This document shows, in pieces, positions 19,697 through 28,028 of a stretch of 59,728 bases of DNA. The position numbers and the translations under genes were made by a program. The notes under the pieces were generated by a model that was not told the origin of the DNA, ran no database searches, and was given only the letters and a program-made list of their open reading frames with translations. The stretch's first letter is position 1; each line of letters begins with the position of its first letter. Source of the stretch: a virus (lineage: Duplodnaviria > Caudoviricetes); IMG/VR virus record IMGVR_UViG_3300042914_003096, positions 1-59,728 of that record, one strand, 5' to 3'.

Positions 19697-20641
19697 ATGA
19701 CAATGGATACAAAAAAATTATTCAATATTGCAAAATCATATTCTGAATTTTTAAAAGATAATTACGATGAAAACTTTTTTCGTATGGATCGTATTGCACA
19801 TATACTAAAGTCAGACGATATGGCAAGAGTATATAAACAAATGATCCCAAACAAAATAGATTTAGTTAAGTTTGTTTATATCACATATTTTCTTCTTAGA
19901 GGTTATTATAAGGTAGAAGAAATCATTAAAATGGTTAATAATATATATGTTGTTGAAATTGAATATTATGATGATCAAGCATATATAAACGTTCAATGTG
20001 ATAGTTGTAATGGTAGTGGTGAGGTGGAATGTAATAATTGTGATGGTGATGGTGAAGTTGATTGTAGATCTTGTGATGGTGATGGACAACACGATTGTTA
20101 CTATTGTAATGATGGAAAAGTGGAATGTAAATACTGTGATGGTGAAGGTACTGAAACAGAAGAAGATGATGAAGGTGAAGAAATAGAAGTTGAATGCGTT
20201 CACTGTGAAGGTTCAGGTCAAGAAGATTGTAGAGAATGTAGTGGTATGGGTAATTTTGAATGTGATAGTTGTAATGGAAAAGGAACAGAAACGTGTCAAT
20301 ATTGTAGTGGAAATGGTAATGAATATTGTGATGAATGTGGTGGTAACGGTGAAGTAGAAAGTAGTGAACAATATTATATGGTAACTCTTAAAAGAATTGC
20401 AGTTATTGGAAATAAAGTAAAAGAAATAGAAAATAAAACTATGACTATTGACGAGTATAATGAATATGAATTTGAGGATGGTTATATGGATTATGATTTT
20501 ACTTTAAGATCTAGAGTATATACTAGTGATGATACAGTAGATGATGAAAGATATAGCAATGAAATGGATGAAGATTTTGTTGTAATACATAGTGTATATA
20601 AATTAGAAGGAATGGATCCGTCCGTTATTTCAAATGTGTGA
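19697..20641 (+). CDS. Protein with ten DnaJ-type CxxCxGxG zinc-finger repeats
   Basis: CDSCNGSG through CDECGGNG; no J domain. Confidence 0.75.
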   Translation: MTMDTKKLFNIAKSYSEFLKDNYDENFFRMDRIAHILKSDDMARVYKQMIPNKIDLVKFVYITYFLLRGYYKVEEIIKMVNNIYVVEIEYYDDQAYINVQCDSCNGSGEVECNNCDGDGEVDCRSCDGDGQHDCYYCNDGKVECKYCDGEGTETEEDDEGEEIEVECVHCEGSGQEDCRECSGMGNFECDSCNGKGTETCQYCSGNGNEYCDECGGNGEVESSEQYYMVTLKRIAVIGNKVKEIENKTMTIDEYNEYEFEDGYMDYDFTLRSRVYTSDDTVDDERYSNEMDEDFVVIHSVYKLEGMDPSVISNV

Positions 20642-20661
20642 TATTTATTAAATAAAAAGTT

Positions 20662-20988
20662 ATGAAAAAATTAATTAGACTTACAGAAACAGATTTACAT
20701 AGAATAGTTAAACGTGTAATTAGAGAATTTGAAGATCCTGATTTTTTAAAAGGTGCTGAAGAAAATTGGGAAAAAATTCACGGAAAAGATGAAGAATCAG
20801 AAAATACTGTTGATTTAGAACAAAGATTTGAAGATCTTATTGAAGATGCTTTTGATTTATTTGAACAAGAAGGTATCCCACACGAAGAATATATTATGTA
20901 CTCCGAAGAAGATGTAATTAATGCGGTTAGAGAAATTGATTCAGATCTTGCAGAAGAAATGAGTGAAATTTGGGACCAAATCGGATAA
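20662..20988 (+). CDS. LTESDL-leader family protein
   Basis: MKKLIRLTETDLHRIVKRVIRE. Confidence 0.7.
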   Translation: MKKLIRLTETDLHRIVKRVIREFEDPDFLKGAEENWEKIHGKDEESENTVDLEQRFEDLIEDAFDLFEQEGIPHEEYIMYSEEDVINAVREIDSDLAEEMSEIWDQIG

Positions 20989-21025
20989 CATCTGAATATA
21001 TTTCATAAATTTTTAAAACTTTTAT

Positions 21026-21466
21026 ATGCTTAAAAACGTAATATTAACGTTAATAGGAATATTTTTTTATTTAAATTCATTTTCACAAAATTATTTTCAA
21101 AAATATCAATCAGTTGCCGATAGTTTAGAAACAGTTTATGGTATACCATCTTCTGTTATTTTGGCAATTGCCTATTACGAATCTGGCGGTGGTAAAAGTG
21201 CCGTTGCAAAACATTCAAATAACCATTTTGGAATAAAAGGTAAAAACACAAAAGTAAATTCATCATACAAATACTATGAAAATGTATTACAATCATATGT
21301 TGGATTTTGTGGTGTGATAACCAGAAAAAAGTTCTACTCAAATTTAAAGGGTAATATTGATACTAATTTATGGGTCACATCAATATCAAATACAGGATAT
21401 GCTTCAAATGCAACTGCTTGGTCAAAAAAGATATTGGGTATAATAAAAACACAAAATTTAACATAG
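21026..21466 (+). CDS. GH73 glucosaminidase-type peptidoglycan hydrolase with signal peptide
   Basis: YGIPSSVILAIAYYESG, NNHFGIKG, GYA; hydrophobic N-terminus. Confidence 0.85.
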   Translation: MLKNVILTLIGIFFYLNSFSQNYFQKYQSVADSLETVYGIPSSVILAIAYYESGGGKSAVAKHSNNHFGIKGKNTKVNSSYKYYENVLQSYVGFCGVITRKKFYSNLKGNIDTNLWVTSISNTGYASNATAWSKKILGIIKTQNLT

Positions 21467-21485
21467 TATTGATATATTTATTTAT

Positions 21486-22175
21486 ATGAAATTGCAAGAA
21501 CAGGTATCAAGAATAAAATCAATGATGGGAATATTAACTGAACAGGAGGTTGATAATGAACAAAAGTTAGTTGAACTATTAAAAACAAATAATTTTATTG
21601 ATCCATCACAAACACAATTAGACTCATTTTTTACTGAATCCAAATTTACTAAAACATCCGTTTCTTGGATTTATATAAATGAAAAAACTAAAGTTTATGT
21701 CTATAAAAAAGGTGATGAATATTCGTTTAAACGAAAAAAAATATATTCACCTAAAGAAAATAAAGAATACGGAGGAGTTTTAAAAACATTTAAAACTTTT
21801 CCAATACCACAAGATGTTATTAGTGAATATATTACTAACGTTAAAGTTATTGATACATCTGAAAATTTAAAAACATTAATTAGTAAGTTAGATCAATTAA
21901 AAAAATCTTGGGATAACCCCGAAGATTATATAACATACGAAAATGGTAAATTGATGTATGGTACCAGTACAAAAAAAGAAGTGCCATCACCACTTGCAAC
22001 ATCGATTAAAAATGGGTATAAAGGAACTATAAAATTTGTAGAAGATCAAATTAAAAATCTACCAAAAGAAGATAAAGAAAAACAAGTGCAATCAGAATTT
22101 GGTAATTACAATAATATTTTAGCATATGTAGATGTTGTTAAAAAAGATGCCGAAGAACTAAAACTAACTTCATAA
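21486..22175 (+). CDS. Hypothetical protein with LQEQVSRIKSMMGILTE leader
   Basis: Leader motif; ATATTTAT upstream. Confidence 0.6.
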   Translation: MKLQEQVSRIKSMMGILTEQEVDNEQKLVELLKTNNFIDPSQTQLDSFFTESKFTKTSVSWIYINEKTKVYVYKKGDEYSFKRKKIYSPKENKEYGGVLKTFKTFPIPQDVISEYITNVKVIDTSENLKTLISKLDQLKKSWDNPEDYITYENGKLMYGTSTKKEVPSPLATSIKNGYKGTIKFVEDQIKNLPKEDKEKQVQSEFGNYNNILAYVDVVKKDAEELKLTS

Positions 22176-22600
22176 TGAAAAAGATAATTAAACTAACAGA
22201 ATCAGAACTTATTAATTTAATTAAAAGTGTGATTAAAGAAGAAAAATATTCTGAAGAAGATTTAACTTATGTTCATCCGTATTCTGGTAAAGAATGTAAA
22301 ATAAAAATTGCAAGAAACAAATTAACCGATAGAAAATTTTCTGAATACGGTGCGGTTTTGGTGTGTGATGTTTATGATAATGGAAATGAAATGGTAATTG
22401 CTGAAATTCCAGGTACAGGATCAGATCCACAATATGTTAATGATTTAATATGTGATAATATTGAAAAAGTAATATCTTTTTTAGATCATATATTTGAAGG
22501 TGAAAAAGAATATATTAGTGAAGATGTTGATAGTAGAAGATGGGATGTAATAGAAGATCCTGTTGTTTGTAGATCTGATAAATATTTTAATGAAGAATAA
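22175..22600 (+). CDS. LTESDL-leader family protein
   Basis: MKKIIKLTESELINLIKSVIKEE. Confidence 0.7.
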   Translation: MKKIIKLTESELINLIKSVIKEEKYSEEDLTYVHPYSGKECKIKIARNKLTDRKFSEYGAVLVCDVYDNGNEMVIAEIPGTGSDPQYVNDLICDNIEKVISFLDHIFEGEKEYISEDVDSRRWDVIEDPVVCRSDKYFNEE

Positions 22601-22603
22601 AAA

Positions 22604-22723
22604 ATGATAAAAATAATATTAATAATCTTTACAATTTCAACTTTAGTTTCTTGTAAAACATCAGGTCACGGTTGTGATGCTTATGGACAAGTAAAACAAA
22701 AAGAAATTAAAAAAATAAGTTAA
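22604..22723 (+). CDS. 39-aa lipoprotein, CDAYG type (not in ORF track)
   Basis: MIKIILIIFTISTLVSCKTSGHGCDAYGQVKQKEIKKIS; lipobox LVSC; paralog at 42949. Confidence 0.7.
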   Translation: MIKIILIIFTISTLVSCKTSGHGCDAYGQVKQKEIKKIS

Positions 22724-22736
22724 TAAAAATATTAAT

Positions 22737-23027
22737 ATGAAAAAAGTAATAAGATTAACGGAATCTGATTTAACAAGAATTGTTAAACGAATTATAAAGG
22801 AAAGTGAAGATGATATGGGTCCTTTATCAGAATTTACTAATGAAGAATTGGAAGAAATTAAATATAAGGTAATTAGATATTTACAACCAGGTTTTTTTGA
22901 TGAATGGGAAGCGGAAAATTATTTATTGTATAATGTTTCGGGTGGTAATAAACATCTTTATAATTCATTGGTTGAGTGGTTAGAACAAAATGGTGTAGAA
23001 TCATATCATCTTAAAAAAATAAAATAA
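22737..23027 (+). CDS. LTESDL-leader family protein
   Basis: MKKVIRLTESDLTRIVKRIIKE. Confidence 0.7.
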   Translation: MKKVIRLTESDLTRIVKRIIKESEDDMGPLSEFTNEELEEIKYKVIRYLQPGFFDEWEAENYLLYNVSGGNKHLYNSLVEWLEQNGVESYHLKKIK

Positions 23028-23030
23028 CAC

Positions 23031-23100
23031 TTGTCAAATAAAAAAAAATACTTATATTTGTAGAAGAAAATTGAACTTTTAGTAAAAACGATATATTTAT
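23031..23100 (+). promoter_or_regulatory. Tandem promoters (host-type plus ATATTTAT type) for tRNA array 1
   Basis: TTG at 23031 with TATATTTG at 23053-23060; ATATTTAT at 23093-23100. Confidence 0.7.
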
Positions 23101-23106
23101 AACGAA

Positions 23107-23217
23107 ATGAAAACACAAATGAAACATATGAACTTTAACACCCCGTGTCAGAATTGGGTCAAGTCGTATATTACGCTTAGTAATCTTCGGTGTCTTTCAT
23201 TTAATTGTGTGATGTAA
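23107..23217 (+). CDS. Putative attenuator leader peptide 1 (36 aa)
   Basis: MKTQMKHMNFNTPCQNWVKSYITLSNLRCLSFNCVM; run of G/C-ending codons unusual for this genome; 3' part is complementary to the terminator 5' arm. Confidence 0.7.
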   Translation: MKTQMKHMNFNTPCQNWVKSYITLSNLRCLSFNCVM

Positions 23218-23274
23218 CGTATCATCAAATATATATAACAAATGAAAGACCCGAACCAAAAGTTCGGGTTTTTT
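23186..23274 (+). promoter_or_regulatory. Antiterminator/terminator switch 1
   Basis: TTCGG(T)GTCTTTCATTT (23186-23202) pairs with AAATGAAAGACCCGAA (23240-23255); mutually exclusive terminator ACCCGAAC-caaaa-GTTCGGGT plus T run (23249-23274). Confidence 0.8.
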
Positions 23275-23284
23275 GTTTTACATT

Positions 23285-23356
23285 GGTCTCTTAGTTTAAC
23301 AGGAAAAATACGACTCTTGTAAAGTTGAGTTGTCGGGTCAGTTCCGACAGGGACCT
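23285..23356 (+). tRNA. tRNA-Thr(UGU), atypical T loop
   Basis: Acceptor GGTCTCT/AGGGACC; CGACT-CTTGTAA-AGTTG. Confidence 0.7.
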
Positions 23357-23368
23357 CAAAAAGAAAAA

Positions 23369-23385
23369 GTTCTTTGACATATTGG
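23369..23385 (+). promoter_or_regulatory. boxA-like antitermination element
   Basis: GTTCTTTGACATATTGG, identical copy at 27981; resembles rrn boxA. Confidence 0.55.
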
Positions 23386-23393
23386 CTTCATTA

Positions 23394-23477
23394 GGAGAGA
23401 TAATCACAGCGGCCTGTGATCCCGTCTTGAAAACGGTGAGTACCGAAAGGTATGGGGATCGACACCTCATCTCTCCT
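23394..23477 (+). tRNA. tRNA-Ser(UGA)
   Basis: GGAGAGA/TCTCTCC; CCGT-CTTGAAA-ACGG; long variable arm TACC-GAAA-GGTA. Confidence 0.8.
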
Positions 23478-23485
23478 CTGTAAAT

Positions 23486-23573
23486 TGCGGGGTAGACGAA
23501 TTAGGCAAAGTCACCAGGTTTTGACCCTGGAGGTAAATTACCATTGGAGGTTCGAGTCCTGTCTACCCTACAA
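23486..23573 (+). tRNA. tRNA-Gln(UUG), atypical (extra variable arm, irregular acceptor/T junction)
   Basis: CCAGG-TTTTGAC-CCTGG; GGTTCGAGTCC. Confidence 0.6.
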
Positions 23574-23575
23574 AA

Positions 23576-23649
23576 GTCTCCGTAGCTTAATCGGGAAAGC
23601 ACCATACTTTTAATATGGGGAGAGTCGGATCGTAACCGGCCGGGGGACA
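23576..23649 (+). tRNA. tRNA-Lys(UUU)
   Basis: CCATA-CTTTTAA-TATGG; D arm GCTTAATCGGGAAAGC; T arm GTCGG-ATCGTAA-CCGGC. Confidence 0.75.
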
Positions 23650-23716
23650 AAAAAAATTAGTAAAAAAGAACGCAATATACCAAAAAATGGTTACTTTTGT
23701 TCTGAAAAACTAAAAA

Positions 23717-23787
23717 GCCCCAATGGCGTAATGGGAGCGTGGTAGTATTACAAACTATCGGTGGTGGTTCAAATCCATCTTGGGGTA
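23717..23787 (+). tRNA. tRNA-Val(UAC)
   Basis: GCCCCAA/TTGGGGT; GTAGT-ATTACAA-ACTAT; GGTTCAAATCC. Confidence 0.8.
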
Positions 23788-23797
23788 CAAAAAATAA

Positions 23798-23870
23798 GGG
23801 AGTATCGGCAGGGTCCTGATCGTGTCTGTAAAACATCGTCTTGGTGGTTCGATTCCATCTGCTCCCACCA
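23798..23870 (+). tRNA. tRNA-Tyr(GUA), atypical (odd D arm, short variable loop); encodes CCA
   Basis: GGGAGTA/TGCTCCC-A-CCA; TGT-CTGTAAA-ACA. Confidence 0.65.
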
Positions 23871-23877
23871 AAAAATA

Positions 23878-23950
23878 GCTCACGTAGCTTAATTGGGAAA
23901 GCACTTGACTGATATTCAAGAGATAATCGGATCGTAACCGGTCGTGAGCA
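23878..23950 (+). tRNA. tRNA-Ile(GAU)
   Basis: GCTCACG/CGTGAGC; CTTGA-CTGATAT-TCAAG. Confidence 0.8.
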
Positions 23951-23955
23951 CAAAA

Positions 23956-24041
23956 GGAAGGTAAACCTTGATGGTGATAGGGTCCGCCTGCTAAGCGAGA
24001 TGTACCCGTAAGGGTATTTGGTTCGATTCCAATGTCTTCCT
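23956..24041 (+). tRNA. tRNA-Ser(GCU)
   Basis: GGAAGGT/GTCTTCC; CGC-CTGCTAA-GCG; variable arm TACCC-GTAA-GGGTA. Confidence 0.75.
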
Positions 24042-24045
24042 CAAC

Positions 24046-24114
24046 TCCCGTGTGATCAGGGATCAAAGTTGGCTCATATCCGACTTTAGAGTGGTTCGAT
24101 ACCACTACACGGGA
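24046..24114 (+). tRNA. tRNA with CAU anticodon (Met or Ile2), shortened D arm
   Basis: TCCCGTGT/ACACGGGA; GTTGG-CTCATAT-CCGAC; AGTGG-TTCGATA-CCACT. Confidence 0.6.
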
Positions 24115-24120
24115 CAACAT

Positions 24121-24194
24121 GGTGTATGTAGCTCAGTTGGGAGAGTGTCGGTTTGTGGATCCGAAGGTCGTGGGATCGTGACCCACCATACACA
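24121..24194 (+). tRNA. tRNA-His(GUG)
   Basis: G-1, GTGTATG/CATACAC; TCGG-tTTGTGGAt-CCGA. Confidence 0.8.
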
Positions 24195-24290
24195 CAAAAT
24201 AGTTCACAACGGACAAGGCTTAGGCGTATGAAACAGGACGGTGGGATGCGAGTGGTTGACCAGAACTATTTTTTTGATTATTGTTGTTTT

Positions 24291-24803
24291 ATGAAATTGT
24301 TTATTCCCTTAATTTTACTTTTTTTTGTTAGAGGGCTTTCACAACCATATACAAACACAATTGATGATTTTAAATTGTTCATTCAAAAACAAAAAAATAT
24401 CAAATTAGAAAAGGGACCATATAAGATTCCTGAAGATACTAATCAATACTTTTTTGTTGGAAAAATGATTGATGGGTCCTATTACTTTTTTTATAAACAT
24501 AAAATATCATCGTTTAAGTTAAATGACACTTATGAATATAAAAGTGATGATGAGTTTAATAAAAAACTACAGGAGTTAAAGATCACAGAGCAAAAAGATT
24601 CTGTTATTATTGTAAAAAAAGAAAATGAAAAAGTTTATCGGGATCAGACAATTATAATTTATGATACTGAAAACAAAAAAACAATTAAACAAAAAAGTAT
24701 TAAAGTTCCGTATGCTGAAAGAATTGATAACAAGTGGGTATATTTAAATCCAGCAAGGATCATATGGTTAGATCAAAACGGAAATGAAATAAAAAGAAAA
24801 TAA
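24291..24803 (+). CDS. Secreted hypothetical protein
   Basis: Likely start MKLFIPLILLFFVRGLSQ; the upstream extension in the ORF track overlaps tRNA-His. Confidence 0.6.
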   Translation: MKLFIPLILLFFVRGLSQPYTNTIDDFKLFIQKQKNIKLEKGPYKIPEDTNQYFFVGKMIDGSYYFFYKHKISSFKLNDTYEYKSDDEFNKKLQELKITEQKDSVIIVKKENEKVYRDQTIIIYDTENKKTIKQKSIKVPYAERIDNKWVYLNPARIIWLDQNGNEIKRK

Positions 24804-24840
24804 TATCCGATGTCGGTCCCGAGCTAGGTCGGGCACTACT

Positions 24841-24912
24841 GCAAGACTAGTGTAATGGCTAACACGGATGATTCCAAACCATCAAATTTCTGCTCGACTC
24901 GGAAGTTTTGCG
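24841..24912 (+). tRNA. tRNA-Trp(CCA)
   Basis: GCAAGAC/GTTTTGC-G; GATG-aTTCCAAAc-CATC; atypical T loop CTCGACT. Confidence 0.7.
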
Positions 24913-24958
24913 CAAATTTTAATTTTGCCAATTAAAAAACTTTTTGTATATTTGTGAT

Positions 24959-25459
24959 ATGAAAAAACAATTACCATACGAGTCAACAGGAAATGCAATT
25001 AAAGGTTATACAGAATCCTCAATCGCGAAAGGAGAATCAGGGGATTGTGTTGTAAGAGCATTTGCTTCTTCATTTGATGTTTCATATGATTTTGCACATA
25101 AGTTCGTTGCGGAAGAATTTAAAAGACAACCAAGAAGAGGAACGTATTTCACGGCATCCAAAATGGTTTCACTTTCTGAAGGACTAATTAAAGTTAATGG
25201 TAAAAAGATCTTTCCTGTTGGTACTCCGTCTAAAAGTGTTTTATCTCCTTTTTCTTTGTCTTACAAAGTTAAAGTAAAAGGTGTTGAAAAAGAAAGACAA
25301 ATGACTGTTGGTACTTTTGCAAAGAAAAACCCTAAAGGAACTTTCTTTGTGTTAGTTAAAGGTCACGCTTTCACAATCAAAGATGGTGTTGTGGTAGGAA
25401 ACCCAGAAGACGCAATCAAACTTAAAAGACCTATGAGGGCGGCATTTGAAATTAAATAA
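24959..25459 (+). CDS. Conserved phage protein, possible papain-like Cys/His fold
   Basis: GDCVVRAF...GHAFTIKDG; TATATTTG promoter immediately upstream. Confidence 0.5.
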   Translation: MKKQLPYESTGNAIKGYTESSIAKGESGDCVVRAFASSFDVSYDFAHKFVAEEFKRQPRRGTYFTASKMVSLSEGLIKVNGKKIFPVGTPSKSVLSPFSLSYKVKVKGVEKERQMTVGTFAKKNPKGTFFVLVKGHAFTIKDGVVVGNPEDAIKLKRPMRAAFEIK

Positions 25460-25514
25460 AAAACTATGGTGAACAACTCTCTATGGTTCCACAAACAAAT
25501 AAAAAATAGAAATT

Positions 25515-25970
25515 ATGAACAGGGTTTTTAGAAAGGTTACCGGAGAATCTGTTCCTGATATTGTAAAACACACATTAGACATTGTAAATGACTGCCCCTG
25601 GATTGAAGTACATATTGGAACTGACTCACAAAACCATAGAAGAAGTACCATTTATGTTACGGCAATTGCTTATAGATTTGGGAACCGTGGCGTTCATTAC
25701 ATCTATCACAAACAAAAGGTAAAAAAGATCCGAGATAAATGGACACGTTTATGGAATGAAGCTGATTATTCAATTGAAGTTGCAGAGTGGTTGACCCAAA
25801 AGGTAAATGTAAAGGTGGAAATAGATTTAGATTACAACAGCGACGAAAAACACTTCAGCTCAAAATTGGTCCAACCTGCTGTTGGGTGGGCAACATCTTT
25901 GGGTTATAAAGCAAATGTTAAACCACATAACCAAATTGCAACAAGGGCGGCAGACCACCACTGCCGCTAA
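25515..25970 (+). CDS. RNase H-like YkuK (DUF458) family protein
   Basis: HIGTDSQ, EADYS, IDLDYN and AADH acidic motifs. Confidence 0.8.
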   Translation: MNRVFRKVTGESVPDIVKHTLDIVNDCPWIEVHIGTDSQNHRRSTIYVTAIAYRFGNRGVHYIYHKQKVKKIRDKWTRLWNEADYSIEVAEWLTQKVNVKVEIDLDYNSDEKHFSSKLVQPAVGWATSLGYKANVKPHNQIATRAADHHCR

Positions 25971-25975
25971 TTTAT

Positions 25976-26048
25976 GAGAGGTTGTCCGAGCGGCGTTAGG
26001 TCTATGGTTGCAACCCATAGTACGGGGGTTCGAGTCCCTCACCTCTCT
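25976..26048 (+). tRNA. tRNA-Cys(GCA)
   Basis: GAGAGGT/ACCTCTC-T (U73); TATGG-TTGCAAC-CCATA. Confidence 0.85.
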
Positions 26049-26056
26049 CAACATAT

Positions 26057-26130
26057 GCCCCTATGGTGGAATAGGTATACACGTCAGATTTAGGATCTGA
26101 ATTTTGCAGGTTCGAGTCCTGCTAGGGGTA
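26057..26130 (+). tRNA. tRNA-Leu(UAG) lacking the long variable arm
   Basis: GCCCCTA/TAGGGGT-A; TCAGA-TTTAGGA-TCTGA; 5-nt variable loop. Confidence 0.8.
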
Positions 26131-26241
26131 CTAAACTTTTTTTAATATCGATATATTTATAATAAAAATATTGATATGAAAAAAATTATAAGATTAACAG
26201 AATCAGATTTAACAAGGATTGTTAAACGTGTGATTAAAGAA
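26109..26241 (+). repeat. Direct repeat copy 1 (tRNA-Leu 3' end, promoter and 22 leader codons)
   Basis: 133 nt, near-identical to 26787-26919. Confidence 0.85.
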
Positions 26242-26739
26242 CAATCAACACCAACACCTAAACTTGAGGATTATGAAAAAACATTTTTAATAAAGTTATT
26301 AACTGACATAAAAAATATATTATCGGATATTTTTAAAAGAACCTACGATGAAAATTTAGATGAAGGAGACAGAGTACAAGTATTAACTATGTCAATTTTT
26401 GATGACTACATAAAAAAAGTGAGTGACTTGAATTACAAAATTAGACCGTCACAATTAAAATGGTCTGATTTATATGGTAGACTTAGCTCAAGTGATAGGT
26501 TAACTATATTGGAACCTAATAGGGCTAAAAGAATTTGGACATTTATCGCCCCTTACCTCATTTCAAATTCCGATGTTAGTGACAATAATATTTTTATAGA
26601 TTTATTTAAGGGTGAACTAAAAAATAATCTAAAAGAGTTTCTTAGTCGTCTAAAGTCTTATAATAAATATATTATACAGACAATCAGTTTACCAAAAAAA
26701 CCTTTACAACAAATACCAACAAATGACGAAACCCCCTGA
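26176..26739 (+). CDS. LTESDL-leader family protein
   Basis: MKKIIRLTESDLTRIVKRVIKE. Confidence 0.75.
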   Translation: MKKIIRLTESDLTRIVKRVIKEQSTPTPKLEDYEKTFLIKLLTDIKNILSDIFKRTYDENLDEGDRVQVLTMSIFDDYIKKVSDLNYKIRPSQLKWSDLYGRLSSSDRLTILEPNRAKRIWTFIAPYLISNSDVSDNNIFIDLFKGELKNNLKEFLSRLKSYNKYIIQTISLPKKPLQQIPTNDETP

Positions 26740-26786
26740 ACTAACAATTAAAAAATCACAAAAAAACTTATTAAAGAATCTTTGAT

Positions 26787-26919
26787 GGTTCAAATCCTGC
26801 TAGGGGTACTAAACTTTTTTTAATATCGATATATTTATAATAAAAATATTGATATGAAAAAAGTAATTAGATTAACAGAATCTGATTTAACAAGAATTGT
26901 TAAACGTGTAATTAAAGAA
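26787..26919 (+). repeat. Direct repeat copy 2
   Basis: GGTTCAAATCCTGCTAGGGGTACTAAAC...ATTAAAGAA. Confidence 0.85.
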
Positions 26920-27126
26920 ACTCATCCATTAGAAGGTGGTCCTGGTTATATGACTAAACACCATATTGGTGTTCTTAAACGACTTATATCTGATTTAGAA
27001 AATGAAGATACAAGTAATCTATCGGATGAAAATTTAAGAGGATATTTTAAAACACTTAATCATCTTAAGAATGCACTTAAAGGGGCAAATGTTAAATATA
27101 AAGAAGAAACAGGTGAAGATATATAA
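26854..27126 (+). CDS. LTESDL-leader family protein
   Basis: MKKVIRLTESDLTRIVKRVIKE. Confidence 0.75.
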   Translation: MKKVIRLTESDLTRIVKRVIKETHPLEGGPGYMTKHHIGVLKRLISDLENEDTSNLSDENLRGYFKTLNHLKNALKGANVKYKEETGEDI

Positions 27127-27142
27127 AAGGTTTTAAATAAAA

Positions 27143-27469
27143 ATGAAAAAAGTTATTAGACTTACCGAATCTGATCTTGTAAGAATCGTTAAACGTGTAA
27201 TTAAAGAATCTAAATTCCGATCTCAATTCGGTGATATGGGTTATTGGATTGACGAAAAAGGTAATTGGGTGGAATTTGATAAGGATCTGGAAAAAACCGG
27301 ATATTATGATTTTGAATATGAACCATTCACCGATGTTGAAGATTATGAAGAATTACCTGACGATCTAAAAGAAAAACTATTTCCTGATAGTAAAATTGGT
27401 AGGGAATTTTTTAACAAGTACAAAGAAAAACATGGTAAGTTTCAGTACTCAAGAAAAAAAGATATATAG
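27143..27469 (+). CDS. LTESDL-leader family protein
   Basis: MKKVIRLTESDLVRIVKRVIKE. Confidence 0.75.
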   Translation: MKKVIRLTESDLVRIVKRVIKESKFRSQFGDMGYWIDEKGNWVEFDKDLEKTGYYDFEYEPFTDVEDYEELPDDLKEKLFPDSKIGREFFNKYKEKHGKFQYSRKKDI

Positions 27470-27470
27470 T

Positions 27471-27794
27471 ATGAAAAAAGTAATTAGATTAACAGAAAGA
27501 GATTTAACTCGTATTGTTAAACGAGTGTTTAAAGAAAATGAAGAGGATATGATTCGTATCCCAAGAGAATATAAAGGTATCAGAGCGGAAGTTGGATCAA
27601 AGGCGTCACCTCAAGACATTATTGATATGTATAACGAAGTGGTTGCTTCTGAAGGAGACACACCTTTTTTAGTTGAATATTCAGAATACGGAACTGAAGG
27701 TATGTTTTATAATGAAGAAGGTGATGAAATTCCTGTTGATGCTATTCTTGATGAATTAAACTATGGATTAGTTGGAGAAGAAGAAGATTTTTAA
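27471..27794 (+). CDS. LTESDL-leader family protein
   Basis: Start corrected to ATG 27471: MKKVIRLTERDLTRIVKRVFKE. Confidence 0.75.
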   Translation: MKKVIRLTERDLTRIVKRVFKENEEDMIRIPREYKGIRAEVGSKASPQDIIDMYNEVVASEGDTPFLVEYSEYGTEGMFYNEEGDEIPVDAILDELNYGLVGEEEDF

Positions 27795-27853
27795 AAAAAC
27801 TTGACACTTTTGAAAAGTTGTATATATTTATAACAAAAATAATAAAAACGCAA

Positions 27854-27928
27854 ATGAAAAATTTACATATTATATCTTTAAGAGGGTTGGCGGGTGCTGA
27901 GGATACTTTCTGTATGGAGATGGTATGA
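27854..27928 (+). CDS. Putative attenuator leader peptide 2 (24 aa)
   Basis: MKNLHIISLRGLAGAEDTFCMEMV; last codons complementary to the terminator 5' arm; ATATATTTATAAC upstream as for leader 1. Confidence 0.7.
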   Translation: MKNLHIISLRGLAGAEDTFCMEMV

Positions 27929-27980
27929 TAATTTAACATATAAATTTTTCAAACCCATCTCCAAAAGAGGTGGGTTTTTT
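27915..27980 (+). promoter_or_regulatory. Antiterminator/terminator switch 2
   Basis: TGGAGATGG (27915-27923) pairs with CCATCTCCA (27955-27963); alternative terminator AAACCCATCTC-caaaa-GAGGTGGGTTT plus T run. Confidence 0.75.
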
Positions 27981-27997
27981 GTTCTTTGACATATTGG
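27981..27997 (+). promoter_or_regulatory. boxA-like antitermination element
   Basis: GTTCTTTGACATATTGG, identical to 23369; variant GTTCATTGACATATT at ~29092. Confidence 0.55.
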
Positions 27998-28028
27998 TAA
28001 ATTAAAAATTAATTAGTAACTTTGTTTT

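Noticed and set aside
23657-24290. ORFs 23657-23953(-), 23755-24120(-) and the 5' extension of 24153(+)
   Set aside because: They overlap tRNA genes and are shadow ORFs of GC-rich RNA sequence
24806-24837. Possible tRNA-Pro remnant or small RNA before tRNA-Trp
   Set aside because: Only a CCCGA/TCGGG hairpin is visible; no cloverleaf
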